Origin: a virus
Lineage: Duplodnaviria; Caudoviricetes
Direction: 5' to 3' (one strand)
Length of the DNA stretch: 64,000 nucleotides
Virus record (IMG/VR): IMGVR_UViG_3300029286_000037
Span: 867 to 64,866 of that record
The position numbers and the translations under genes were made by a program. Below are positions 26,265-35,667 of the stretch, in pieces (position 1 is the first letter of the stretch; each line of letters starts with the position of its first letter). Below the pieces are notes generated by a model. It was not told the origin of the DNA. It searched no databases and was given only the letters and a program-made list of their open reading frames with translations.

Positions 26265-29200
26265 AAACCTCAAACTACTTGCTTGGTTTAAATATTATTT
26301 GCGGTCCTGATGATAAAGATGTTTTGGACAGGTGTTTAAAAAGTTGTCAGGGAGGCTTATTTGATGAGATTGTAGTAACCCTTGCTATGGGTAATGAAGA
26401 CCCAGAGATAAAGGCTTTAGCTGAGAGTTACGGGGCTAAAACATTTTTCTTCAAGTGGATCTCTGATTTCGGTGCTGCCAGAAACTTTTCTTTTAGTAAG
26501 AACACTTCCAAATACATTATGTGGCTGGATTCTGATGATATCATAAAACCTTCGGAATATAAAAAGCTCTTGGACCTTAAACCAAAGATTAATACCTGGG
26601 ACATTGTCGTTCTTAACTACGTTTATAGTCATGATGAAAATGATGCCCCCGTATTAACACTTCCCAGAGAACGTATCGTAAAGAACTGTGCGCATATAAA
26701 GTGGCATGACCCTATCCACGAGTACATGAATCTTGATGTCCCACAGAATAAATTGCACCGTGAGAATATAAACATTGACCACTACAGAATCAGGATGCAC
26801 AACCCCGCCCGTAATATTGAGGCACTTAAAAAAGTCTATGATGCAGGCGGATGCTCTGAAAGAATTAAATTCTATTACGGTAAAGAGTTGTCTGATTTCG
26901 GTATGTGGGAAAAAGCAATCGAGGTACTTGAGCCTTATATAAAAAAGGGTGCTGACTTTGCAGATAACCTTACAACAGCTTGCATCCGTTTATCCAAGTA
27001 CTATTTTGATAAATCGGATTTCACTTCCGCAAAGACGTACGCTTTAGAAGGTATCCGTTTTAATAGCATCTATGCTGAAAACTATGTCGTACTAGGGAAC
27101 ATCTTTGAATATGAAAAAGATTTTGACACTGCTGCTGCTTATTATTTGGAAGCGCTTAATAAGACGCTAGATGGTGGTATGTCTCAGATAGTTGACTATT
27201 ACGGTTTCATTCCTGCAGCTAAATTAGCCCTACTGTACTATACGAAAAAAGAGTATGACAAGGGTATAAAGTTTTGCAACTTAGCTCTCAAACATAAGCC
27301 AGGTAACGAACAGATGGTTGCATTACAGAAGGTGATAGACAACGAGGTAGCGAGACTATCAAAAGGAGCTCTGCTGCAGACACCGGATATCGAAAATTTG
27401 AAAGATTTTTTATCAAAATGTTCTTTCACTATGGATATAAAAAATAATAATCTTGAATTCTGCGACATTCGTTTAAAGAAGATCGTGAATTTAAAGGTAT
27501 CCTGGTTTATCCCCACATTAAATCTCAATGACCCCGGTGTCAGGATAAGAAGAAGTAATATCTGCTGTGAAATGCAAAAGATGGGGATAGAAAGTTCTAT
27601 CATAACTAATTACTATGGAATAAATCCCTATGAAATTAGAAACATGGTGGGAGACTCTTCTGTAGCAATCTTTACACAAATGAGTAAAGATGACTTAGAG
27701 ATCATGAAGCACATTAATGCTTCAGGTATAAAATGCGTCTTTGATCATTGTGAGGCTATTTTCAACTACCCCTTTCAGCGTGATTGTATGAATGAAGCAG
27801 ATCTCATTACATGCTGTTCAACGAAGCTTATGGAGCTTACAAACGAACAGGGGTATACGCGTGCAGTAGTGCTTAAGGACGCTGTAGAAAAAACAGAAAC
27901 CAATACCATTTACAGTGATAGGTATCCAAAACCCAAAGCTGTTTACATGGGCATGGGGGGCAACTCCTGGCTGGTTAATGATTGGTTAAAGGACACAATT
28001 GAGGAAGCTGGCTACGAATTAGTCACCATAACAGAATGGGACAATGCGACTAAACGTTGGAACCCAGAAACATGGGCAGAAGACATGCTAGAGTGTGACG
28101 TAGTACTCTGTCCTCAAAGAGTTGATGTCCAACCGGCAAAGAGCTCTGTAAAAGCAACTACTGCTATGGCACTCGGCTTACCTGTATTATGCTCCCCTCT
28201 TCAAGCCTATAAAGAGGTTGTAGTCTCTGGTGAGAACGGGTTTATCTGCGAGACAAAAGAAGAGTGGAAAGAAGCACTTATTAAATTGAAGGATAGCAAT
28301 TTAAGAAGAATAATAGGTGAAGCTGGTAGAAAGTCAGTGGGGGAATACAGCTTAAGAGCTATTACAACACAGTGGCAGGAGAATCTTACTAAGCTAATTA
28401 ATAATCAATTTGCTTTCCCAGAGCCTCCTGAGGTAGTTGATACAAAAGTTAGATCATTAGTTGATATTATTATCGCCAGCTATAATAACGTTGACTACTT
28501 GAAAATGTGTGTATCATCCATCCTTATGAATACCCTACACCCATTTCATATTATCATCTCAGATGGTGGGAGCGATAAAGAGACTTGGGAATATCTGTCA
28601 GCATTGAAGGGGATTACCGTTGTAGGCGACCCGGGGAAAAGGATGTCTTTTTCTGAAACATGTAATGCCGGTATACTTGCTTCGAACACTAAGTATTTTG
28701 TGATCCTGAATTCTGACGTCATAGTTTCAAAATGCTGGCTTACTAGCCTGGTACACAAAATGGAAACTGTAGATCGTTTAGCTTCTTGCGGTGTGCTTAG
28801 TAATTGTGATAGAGGCTGGCTGCATGATGCCCCGAATAAGCCTTCATACCCTATGCTCCTGGAGAAATCTAAGATAGATCTTCACCCCGCTATGAAGATC
28901 AACGAGATTAAACCACATGTAGAAGAACTTTATAAGTTTATGGAGGACTCTAATAAACAGCATAAGGGTGTCTTTGTGAAACAAGAATGGGTCGCAGCTT
29001 ATGCCACTATCTTTGCACGTTGTGCCATAAATGAGGTAGGCCTTTTTGACCCCCTTTATAAGAATGGGTGTGAGGATCTTGACCTTATAGCACGGTTATC
29101 AAAGTTTGGGTATGCGACAGGACAGGCTATTGATTCTTTTATATTCCACTTCGGCGGGATAAGTCGCATGGCATACCAGGATGAGAATCGAGAGTCCTAT

Positions 29201-30382
29201 AACGAAGAAGACCGTGCAAACCATTTAAAGTACAAAAATAAGTGGGAAAAGCGTAGGGTAGTCATCTGGACAGGCCCCGCATGGGAGCCGTGGAATAAAG
29301 CCAAGGTAGATGAAGGTATGGCAGGTTCTGAGACCTGGGCGTCATATCTAGCACGGGAGTTTGTCAAAAAAGGTTTTCAGACAACGATCTACAATGACCT
29401 ACTTATTGAAGATAAAAATGGGACCCTCCTTGACCCCGTTATGAATGAAGTAGGGGAAAAAATCGGGGATGTCATTTATCGAGACCATAAAAATCTTCAG
29501 TCTGATGTAGAATATGGAATAGTCGACTATTTCATATCTTCCCGTTCTGTCGATCCTTTGAAAATGAATATCCATTCTTTGAGAAACTTTGTAATGATCC
29601 ACGATGTCTGGTTATCACATGATAAGAAATTTGACATTATGACCTGGCGAGTAGATAAGTACGCCTATTTGTCTGAGTGGCACAAAGAGTTCTTAATGCA
29701 GCATCACGGTCTTATAAGCGATAAGATGTTCCTCACTGCAAATGGTCAGGATTTCGAACTTTATGCTGATGTAGATCGCTATGAAAAAAAGAATCAAGCA
29801 GTATACTCCTCAAGCCCAGATAGAGGGCTGTATCAACTTTTAAAGATGATGCCTTTGATTAGGAAAGAAGTACCAGACTTTGAACTAATCGTAGCATACG
29901 GGTTTTATAACTGGGAGACCATGGCACGTTCCCGTAATGATCTTGAAGGTCTAAGATTTATTGCGGAAATAAAAAGTCTTATGGAGCAGCCCGGGGTAAA
30001 ATACGTTGGCAGAGTCAGCAAGAAAGAATTAGCTGAGTACGAAAAAGAATCTAAGGTATGGTTATACCCAACTTGGTTCTCTGAGACTTTCTGCATAACC
30101 GCCTGCGCAGCTGGGTTAGCTAAATGCGCTATTGTCGGTACTGACTTTGCTGGACTACAAACTACTGTAGGGTCTTCTGGTGTGCTTCTACCTCCTGATG
30201 GACTAAGTAGAAATGGTGAGTATCCTCAGCAGTATATTGACAGTTTTGTTAAAGAGGCTGTAACAATGCTTTCTGATAAACAGTACCGACTTGAGTGGTC
30301 TGAAAAAGCATATAACAAAATGAAGATGTACAGTTGGGATAATATAGCTAGAGGTTGGATGAAGGAATTTGGTATAAAGTAA
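26261..30382 (+). CDS. Multidomain glycosyltransferase: GT2 + TPR + GT-B (GT4-like) + GT2 + GT-B (GT4-like)
   Basis: The plus strand at 26261 reads ATGAAAACCTCA (MKTS), so the track's minus label is wrong. Motifs: DFGAARN..WLDSDD..IHE; TPR helices; KATTAMALGLPVLCS..ENGF; IIIASYN..ISDGGS..ILNSDV..CEDLDL; YSSSPDRGL..YPTWFSETFCI. Confidence 0.92.
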   Translation: MKTSNYLLGLNIICGPDDKDVLDRCLKSCQGGLFDEIVVTLAMGNEDPEIKALAESYGAKTFFFKWISDFGAARNFSFSKNTSKYIMWLDSDDIIKPSEYKKLLDLKPKINTWDIVVLNYVYSHDENDAPVLTLPRERIVKNCAHIKWHDPIHEYMNLDVPQNKLHRENINIDHYRIRMHNPARNIEALKKVYDAGGCSERIKFYYGKELSDFGMWEKAIEVLEPYIKKGADFADNLTTACIRLSKYYFDKSDFTSAKTYALEGIRFNSIYAENYVVLGNIFEYEKDFDTAAAYYLEALNKTLDGGMSQIVDYYGFIPAAKLALLYYTKKEYDKGIKFCNLALKHKPGNEQMVALQKVIDNEVARLSKGALLQTPDIENLKDFLSKCSFTMDIKNNNLEFCDIRLKKIVNLKVSWFIPTLNLNDPGVRIRRSNICCEMQKMGIESSIITNYYGINPYEIRNMVGDSSVAIFTQMSKDDLEIMKHINASGIKCVFDHCEAIFNYPFQRDCMNEADLITCCSTKLMELTNEQGYTRAVVLKDAVEKTETNTIYSDRYPKPKAVYMGMGGNSWLVNDWLKDTIEEAGYELVTITEWDNATKRWNPETWAEDMLECDVVLCPQRVDVQPAKSSVKATTAMALGLPVLCSPLQAYKEVVVSGENGFICETKEEWKEALIKLKDSNLRRIIGEAGRKSVGEYSLRAITTQWQENLTKLINNQFAFPEPPEVVDTKVRSLVDIIIASYNNVDYLKMCVSSILMNTLHPFHIIISDGGSDKETWEYLSALKGITVVGDPGKRMSFSETCNAGILASNTKYFVILNSDVIVSKCWLTSLVHKMETVDRLASCGVLSNCDRGWLHDAPNKPSYPMLLEKSKIDLHPAMKINEIKPHVEELYKFMEDSNKQHKGVFVKQEWVAAYATIFARCAINEVGLFDPLYKNGCEDLDLIARLSKFGYATGQAIDSFIFHFGGISRMAYQDENRESYNEEDRANHLKYKNKWEKRRVVIWTGPAWEPWNKAKVDEGMAGSETWASYLAREFVKKGFQTTIYNDLLIEDKNGTLLDPVMNEVGEKIGDVIYRDHKNLQSDVEYGIVDYFISSRSVDPLKMNIHSLRNFVMIHDVWLSHDKKFDIMTWRVDKYAYLSEWHKEFLMQHHGLISDKMFLTANGQDFELYADVDRYEKKNQAVYSSSPDRGLYQLLKMMPLIRKEVPDFELIVAYGFYNWETMARSRNDLEGLRFIAEIKSLMEQPGVKYVGRVSKKELAEYEKESKVWLYPTWFSETFCITACAAGLAKCAIVGTDFAGLQTTVGSSGVLLPPDGLSRNGEYPQQYIDSFVKEAVTMLSDKQYRLEWSEKAYNKMKMYSWDNIARGWMKEFGIK

Positions 30383-30388
30383 CCTTAA

Positions 30389-30425
30389 TTTGTATAGGTA
30401 AGGACTTCTAACTTACCTATACAAA
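30389..30425. terminator. Bidirectional terminator between convergent genes
   Basis: 14-bp inverted repeat TTTGTATAGGTAAG/CTTACCTATACAAA. Confidence 0.75.
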
Positions 30426-30447
30426 ATTTTATTAAACACTGCAGATA

Positions 30448-30888
30448 CTATATGGCAGCTTCTTTAGCAGCTTTCCACTTTCGGTCATCGATACCAGATA
30501 CTTTTGAGGTATTATTTTCTTTTGCAATATGTGTATCAAAAGAAGAAGTACTCATACCCGCCTCAGAAGCTAACTTCTTAGCATCAGACCAGGTCCCTGT
30601 TTCTACTCCAGCAACGTTTGGCTGTAACTTAGGGCCTGAACCGTACCTCTCAATTTGACGCATTTCAAGCTCTGAGTTCTGCTTTCTTTTGTCCCGACTT
30701 ATCTTATAAGTCTGTGCTTCAGTCCACTGTTTGAAAAGAAAACCACCATTAAAATTGCGGGAAATGAGTCGTTCCATCTTATCAGAAGACTTACAGTTGG
30801 AACACTGGATCTCAGGGTCTTCTTTGATAGAATGAACAACCTCATCAATAAAGCCACAAGAATTGCATTTGTAATCGTACGTAGGCAT
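30448..30888 (-). CDS. FmdB-family zinc-ribbon protein (second copy)
   Basis: MPTYDYKCNSCG..CSNC..MERLIS. Confidence 0.85.
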   Translation of the reverse strand: MPTYDYKCNSCGFIDEVVHSIKEDPEIQCSNCKSSDKMERLISRNFNGGFLFKQWTEAQTYKISRDKRKQNSELEMRQIERYGSGPKLQPNVAGVETGTWSDAKKLASEAGMSTSSFDTHIAKENNTSKVSGIDDRKWKAAKEAAI

Positions 30889-30907
30889 AACTAACTCCTA
30901 TTTAATT

Positions 30908-31213
30908 TTATAATAGATTTAATTTTAATTTGAAAGATTCATGTCGATTTATAAAGATGAATCCGTTTTCTCTTACTGACGGAAGGTATTTCAAATAAGC
31001 GGTTCTAAACATTCCTATACCTTGGTGCACATAGTCAAAGACCACTTCGTTAGGAAATGCCAGCACAAACTTTTTCATTAAGCCTGGATTTGCGTAGATA
31101 AGCCCAACTACATCGTCTTGAAACTCAATGTAGTGAAAAGCGCACTCGATAGCCTTTACAAAAAGGTCCTTATCGAATTCCATGGTGTACGTAGGTATTT
31201 CATCCATTGACAC
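30908..31213 (-). CDS. Small protein resembling part of the major capsid protein (A-domain-like)
   Basis: AFHYIEFQDDVVGLIYAN vs MCP AFARIETHDLRVARIFMN (8/18 identical). Confidence 0.55.
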   Translation of the reverse strand: MSMDEIPTYTMEFDKDLFVKAIECAFHYIEFQDDVVGLIYANPGLMKKFVLAFPNEVVFDYVHQGIGMFRTAYLKYLPSVRENGFIFINRHESFKLKLNLL

Positions 31214-31230
31214 TCCATATTATATGATAT

Positions 31231-32826
31231 TTATTTTATCGCCGGTTGAACCGTCGATGGTCGTTTCATTCTTTCAGGGTGCTTTACTTTCTTAGGCTCC
31301 TTTAACCCATATTGAGTTACCTTCTTGGGACTCTTAACATCCTCACTTGGGGCTTCCTCTTCATCCTTATCGTCTTCAGGAGGCTTTGTCCCAGGCATAT
31401 CTATCTTGCCTGTACCCTTTCCCTCTTCCTCAATGTTTTCAGGAGTACTCTGTGGTTCAACACCACTTTCTGATTGAACAACATTCTCCATCATTTCATA
31501 CCCAGTATTGACTAAAACTGAGGAGATGTGTTCACCCTTTTTTCGCTTAAGATACGCTTCCTCTATAAGGATGAAGAACACTCTCTCCGGGTACATCGCA
31601 AATTCCTTGAGAGACTTAAGCTTCTGCTCATCAGTTCTTGGGAACCATGTATTGTAAAACCAGTCAATAACCGCTGGAGTAACGCTCTCCCTATTGAAAT
31701 AGGCAGGTACTTTTGGAGAAGAACTTAGTAATTTATCTTTTATGTCCTTTTCCGTAAATGGAAATTTCATTAGATTTTTCCACACGTCTTTATTCATAAT
31801 CTTAGACGGAGGTGCTGATATAGGATACTTTTTATAGTGAATCTCTATTGGAGTATTCTTGACATCATCAAAAACTGCTAAGATATGTTTACAAACTCTG
31901 GAATTTAACCCTCTTCCTGGATTATTCTTTCCCTTTGGATATCGAGTACTAACTGACTTGGTGTACTGATCCTGGGAACGAGGGGCCGTAAGATCAGGCT
32001 TAAAAGCTGGCATATACATATAACCATCACGCACAGCATAATATTGAGCACCACTGTATAAAAAAGATGGACAGGTGCAACCAATATGTACCGGATAATC
32101 TACATACTTAGAAGCCGGTTTCTCATCATCTCGTAAAAATTGTAGATATACGTTATGAGCACCGTGCTCAGACCCCGGGGAACTTACCTTGAAGATAAAT
32201 AGCCCATGCTCAAACTGATTGGGATTATTTTTATTAGTCCATACAGCTTGACACTTCTCAGCGCGTTGAAGCTTTAAGTCATTCTTGTAATGAAAATCCT
32301 TATCCACTATGTCGCCCAATGTGGCAGCGACCTTATTTCTCATAATAAACTCATAGAAATCAGAACCAGGGATCGTAAACCCTGCTAAGAGTTCCTTAGG
32401 AATAACTCCAGAGGCACATCTCTTTCGAGTAAGACTCATAGCGGGCCCTTGCTCATCTTCATCCTGAGTAAAGTCCTGCTCCTGTGACTTAGCCCACTCC
32501 TCTAATACCCCGCCTTCACTGAATATCCTTGGGAAATTAAAGTACCCCTCTTGGGTAGGTTCTGATATAACATTTTCGAATGGTGGAGAGTCCTTCTGAT
32601 CTTTTGGGGCATCAGAAGGACTTTCATAGTCATAAGGATTAGTTGTATTAAATGAGGTATCTAAATGCTTTTTATTCTTTAGCATATCAAGAACCGGATT
32701 ATCTGGTATAACCATAGGTTTGGATTTACCGTCTAGATACTCCATCCATGACTTATTCATGTCAGGAGGATTGTCTCCAGGTTCTTCAAAATACCTCGCT
32801 AAAACTCTTCTAACCCTTTGATCCAT
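31231..32826 (-). CDS. SWIM zinc-finger domain protein
   Basis: IGCTCPSFLY..VCKHILAV (CxC..CxH); disordered N-terminus with KRCAS and NKVAA. Confidence 0.75.
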   Translation of the reverse strand: MDQRVRRVLARYFEEPGDNPPDMNKSWMEYLDGKSKPMVIPDNPVLDMLKNKKHLDTSFNTTNPYDYESPSDAPKDQKDSPPFENVISEPTQEGYFNFPRIFSEGGVLEEWAKSQEQDFTQDEDEQGPAMSLTRKRCASGVIPKELLAGFTIPGSDFYEFIMRNKVAATLGDIVDKDFHYKNDLKLQRAEKCQAVWTNKNNPNQFEHGLFIFKVSSPGSEHGAHNVYLQFLRDDEKPASKYVDYPVHIGCTCPSFLYSGAQYYAVRDGYMYMPAFKPDLTAPRSQDQYTKSVSTRYPKGKNNPGRGLNSRVCKHILAVFDDVKNTPIEIHYKKYPISAPPSKIMNKDVWKNLMKFPFTEKDIKDKLLSSSPKVPAYFNRESVTPAVIDWFYNTWFPRTDEQKLKSLKEFAMYPERVFFILIEEAYLKRKKGEHISSVLVNTGYEMMENVVQSESGVEPQSTPENIEEEGKGTGKIDMPGTKPPEDDKDEEEAPSEDVKSPKKVTQYGLKEPKKVKHPERMKRPSTVQPAIK

Positions 32827-32828
32827 TT

Positions 32829-34046
32829 TTAGACTTCCGATAATAAATCATTAAGATCTAGTTCCATGTCATCACCCGATGATTGCTCACCAAGTATATC
32901 TGCAACAGTATCCTCACCAGAGGATATAACCGCTACAGGATCTTCATAGTCGTTATTCGATGAGAACTGTACCTCACCGGCATCGATATCCCCTGAGGCA
33001 CCCACAGTAACCCTTGAAATTATACCATCCTCAGACTGAACACTTGAGGCCTTATCGCGGGTCACCTTACTTATAATAACAGCCTCTTGACCGTCAGTAC
33101 TAATTACAGTGCCTTTAAATACAGGCTTCTGCTCGACAGGTGTCGCGGCAGGTTTTTGTGCTACAGGAGCTTTTTTAACCGGTGATTGGGTAGTTCCCTT
33201 TTTTACCGGTTTCTTCTTAGCAACGGCTGCTGTTTTCTTAACAGCGCTCTGAGACACAAGCTGAGATTGTGTACTAGAACCAACTGCTGTAGTTTGTTTT
33301 GCAGGATAGGATGTCTGACCTACCTCTACTTCATTCTCAGCTACAGTGCTGTGCTCAACGGCTTTGCTTGTAGATGATTTATCGGAAGAAGTCTTTTTAA
33401 AGACTACCCCGGACGCTTCATAATCGATTGTAAGTTTTTTGTTTTCTTGAGGAGCTACGGTTACTCCAGAATAGTTAGTCTCTTTGGTTACCTGACCTTC
33501 ACGAGATATGATAGTACTTTTCTTTACATTATCAGGACCAATTTCCACACTATTTTTATTAGTGTCGGGGGAGCCTTCAATGACAGATACTTTTCTAACC
33601 ACATCATCATCACTGTTGATAACACGGACTTCTTTTCTGGCATCGTCCAGATCACTGGTTACTTCTCTTACCCCATTAACGATCTTGACCTCAGGTGTCT
33701 TATCATAAGTTTTTAGCAGGGCATGGATGCTGTCACTGGGAGGATTCTTTATCCCAACAACTGGGTCAGAAGGATAATCACTGTGCTCAACCACTCTTCC
33801 GCCGGTGGCATTACGTGGAGACTGTGCCGACTGCTTCCCTGCAACCTTAACCACGGCATCTGATGGAGTAAGCCATTCACCAATTACTTTTGTTAATGAT
33901 CGTGCAGTTCCTTTTTCCCCTTGGAACACAAGATTAAGACCGTCAAATTCAAGAGTTTCTCCTCTTTTCACGTATATAGAGGTTTTACCGTTGTCCATAC
34001 TCATTGAAAAATCCTGAATTGCGGTGTACTTTTTTAACTCTGACAT
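32829..34046 (-). CDS. Low-complexity hypothetical protein
   Basis: 405 aa, S/T/K/V-rich, acidic end; AAGGAG RBS. Confidence 0.65.
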   Translation of the reverse strand: MSELKKYTAIQDFSMSMDNGKTSIYVKRGETLEFDGLNLVFQGEKGTARSLTKVIGEWLTPSDAVVKVAGKQSAQSPRNATGGRVVEHSDYPSDPVVGIKNPPSDSIHALLKTYDKTPEVKIVNGVREVTSDLDDARKEVRVINSDDDVVRKVSVIEGSPDTNKNSVEIGPDNVKKSTIISREGQVTKETNYSGVTVAPQENKKLTIDYEASGVVFKKTSSDKSSTSKAVEHSTVAENEVEVGQTSYPAKQTTAVGSSTQSQLVSQSAVKKTAAVAKKKPVKKGTTQSPVKKAPVAQKPAATPVEQKPVFKGTVISTDGQEAVIISKVTRDKASSVQSEDGIISRVTVGASGDIDAGEVQFSSNNDYEDPVAVISSGEDTVADILGEQSSGDDMELDLNDLLSEV

Positions 34047-34089
34047 ACCTGCATCTCCTTTAAGATGTTATTAGTATTTAATCTGAATT

Positions 34090-35370
34090 TTATATATCTA
34101 ATGGTAACTTTTTTTCTTCACTATCACCATTAGAGAAAGCGATACTATCTACTGTAAATGTTTTCCCCTTGAATGTTTCATCACCAACAAACTTATCGCC
34201 TGCACCCTTTTTTACGTAGGATATAGTGACATGTGGTTTATAGGTAGGAAAGGAATTTTCATTATCAATTTTTTTAGCAAGATCATAGTGTAATCTTTCC
34301 AGAACACCTGATTCTACCTCAATTTTAAGGACATCATACTCTTTTTTATCCTTGAAGACATTTATAAGCCCAAGACGTACTTTGAAGGGTTTTATCTTTG
34401 AAATAACCCGGGCAGTCTCTGCAGGGTCGCTGTCGACAATACCGTATAGAACAGTAACGTGGATGTCATCTTCTCGCCCCTTTGACCCACCACCCTCAGT
34501 GTAAAGTGCTTTACTCTTTATATTATCCTCACCCCATTTCATAATGGACTTTGAGATACCTTCAGGTAAATTTACTTTTGTACATGAGAACTCATACTTC
34601 ATATTTTTTTTAGCAAATTTTCTTCTTATGTAACTATGGGAACCACTATCGTATGAAAAAACGATGGAATCAGGATTTCTTCTTGAATATATTCTATTAA
34701 CAGCTTCTATGTTACTGAAAAGTCTTAAGGCCTTAAGTTCCTGCTCACGATGACCCTCATCAAGATCCTTTATATTAAAAGTACTAAAAGACGATACGTT
34801 ATTATCAAATTTGGGAATCTTAACTGTTTCCCCATTAAGAATGTCTTTGACAACCTTGGTAATGGACTCATTATCTAATTTTTCAAAGTTAAGATCTATC
34901 GAATTAATGTTTTCGGTTGAGTTAGGGGTTAGAAAGTACGGGAGGGCTTCTTTTGAAAGGAGCTCTACATACTTTCTTATTTTTAAGCCGATACTCTCTC
35001 GCGTAGTAGACTTTGTCTTATTTAGAAACTTTCTTAAACTATCCATATTATCAAATTCCTTAATCAAGTTATCTCGTCTCCCAATAAGTTCAAGAAAAGC
35101 CTTTTCCCGAGCAGACTGCTTCCCACCCTTATAAAAAATGATATAATCAGAATTTAGCATACCAGCTACCTCTTTATACGTATTGGTAGCCGGGTCATAG
35201 TTTTTATCAAACGGATCTATTAAATAAAGATCCTTACCAAACTCTTTCTCAAGATCCTTACGCCAAGAGTTATCTGTACAGTCCCCACCAAGAAATATAA
35301 CAGGAACTTTAGACTTGGATGCTTTGAGAATATCCTTATTTGATAAAAAAGAAGTAATTAAACGGATCAT
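34090..35370 (-). CDS. Fusion of a nucleoside 2-deoxyribosyltransferase-like domain, an unknown domain and a 2H phosphoesterase (Acb1/LigT-like)
   Basis: N-terminal IFLGGDCTDNSWRK..IDPFDKNYD; C-terminal paired HxT motifs GREDDIHVTVLYG and FPTYKPHVTISY. Confidence 0.8.
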   Translation of the reverse strand: MIRLITSFLSNKDILKASKSKVPVIFLGGDCTDNSWRKDLEKEFGKDLYLIDPFDKNYDPATNTYKEVAGMLNSDYIIFYKGGKQSAREKAFLELIGRRDNLIKEFDNMDSLRKFLNKTKSTTRESIGLKIRKYVELLSKEALPYFLTPNSTENINSIDLNFEKLDNESITKVVKDILNGETVKIPKFDNNVSSFSTFNIKDLDEGHREQELKALRLFSNIEAVNRIYSRRNPDSIVFSYDSGSHSYIRRKFAKKNMKYEFSCTKVNLPEGISKSIMKWGEDNIKSKALYTEGGGSKGREDDIHVTVLYGIVDSDPAETARVISKIKPFKVRLGLINVFKDKKEYDVLKIEVESGVLERLHYDLAKKIDNENSFPTYKPHVTISYVKKGAGDKFVGDETFKGKTFTVDSIAFSNGDSEEKKLPLDI

Positions 35371-35394
35371 ATCAGCTGCATCTTTCTTGACATA

Positions 35395-35658
35395 TCATTC
35401 ATCAGTTTTTTGAGTGCCACTGTCCTGAGGGGTGCCTGTTGTACTTTTACTTTCTGAAAAAGTCTGGGCAGATTTCATACCTAAAACACCCGCTATAAGT
35501 AATGCCTCTGATGCACCTAAGGAGATAAAAATACCACCACGCACCATAGATAATACATTATGGGCTATGAAGACACCAATGACAGATACCACAACTATAA
35601 AAGTTGAGAATCGCATCATACTCACCTTACCATCAGGACCCTTAAACATCTCAAACAT
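35395..35658 (-). CDS. Small two-TM membrane protein (holin-like)
   Basis: DGKVSMMR followed by two hydrophobic helices and a hydrophilic tail. Confidence 0.55.
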   Translation of the reverse strand: MFEMFKGPDGKVSMMRFSTFIVVVSVIGVFIAHNVLSMVRGGIFISLGASEALLIAGVLGMKSAQTFSESKSTTGTPQDSGTQKTDE

Positions 35659-35667
35659 AAGATTTCC

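Noticed and set aside
26261-30382. Minus-strand label given by the ORF track for the 1373-aa glycosyltransferase
   Set aside because: The listed protein MKTSNYLLG.. is read directly from the plus strand (ATGAAAACCTCAAAC at 26261, TAA ending at 30382), so it is annotated as plus.
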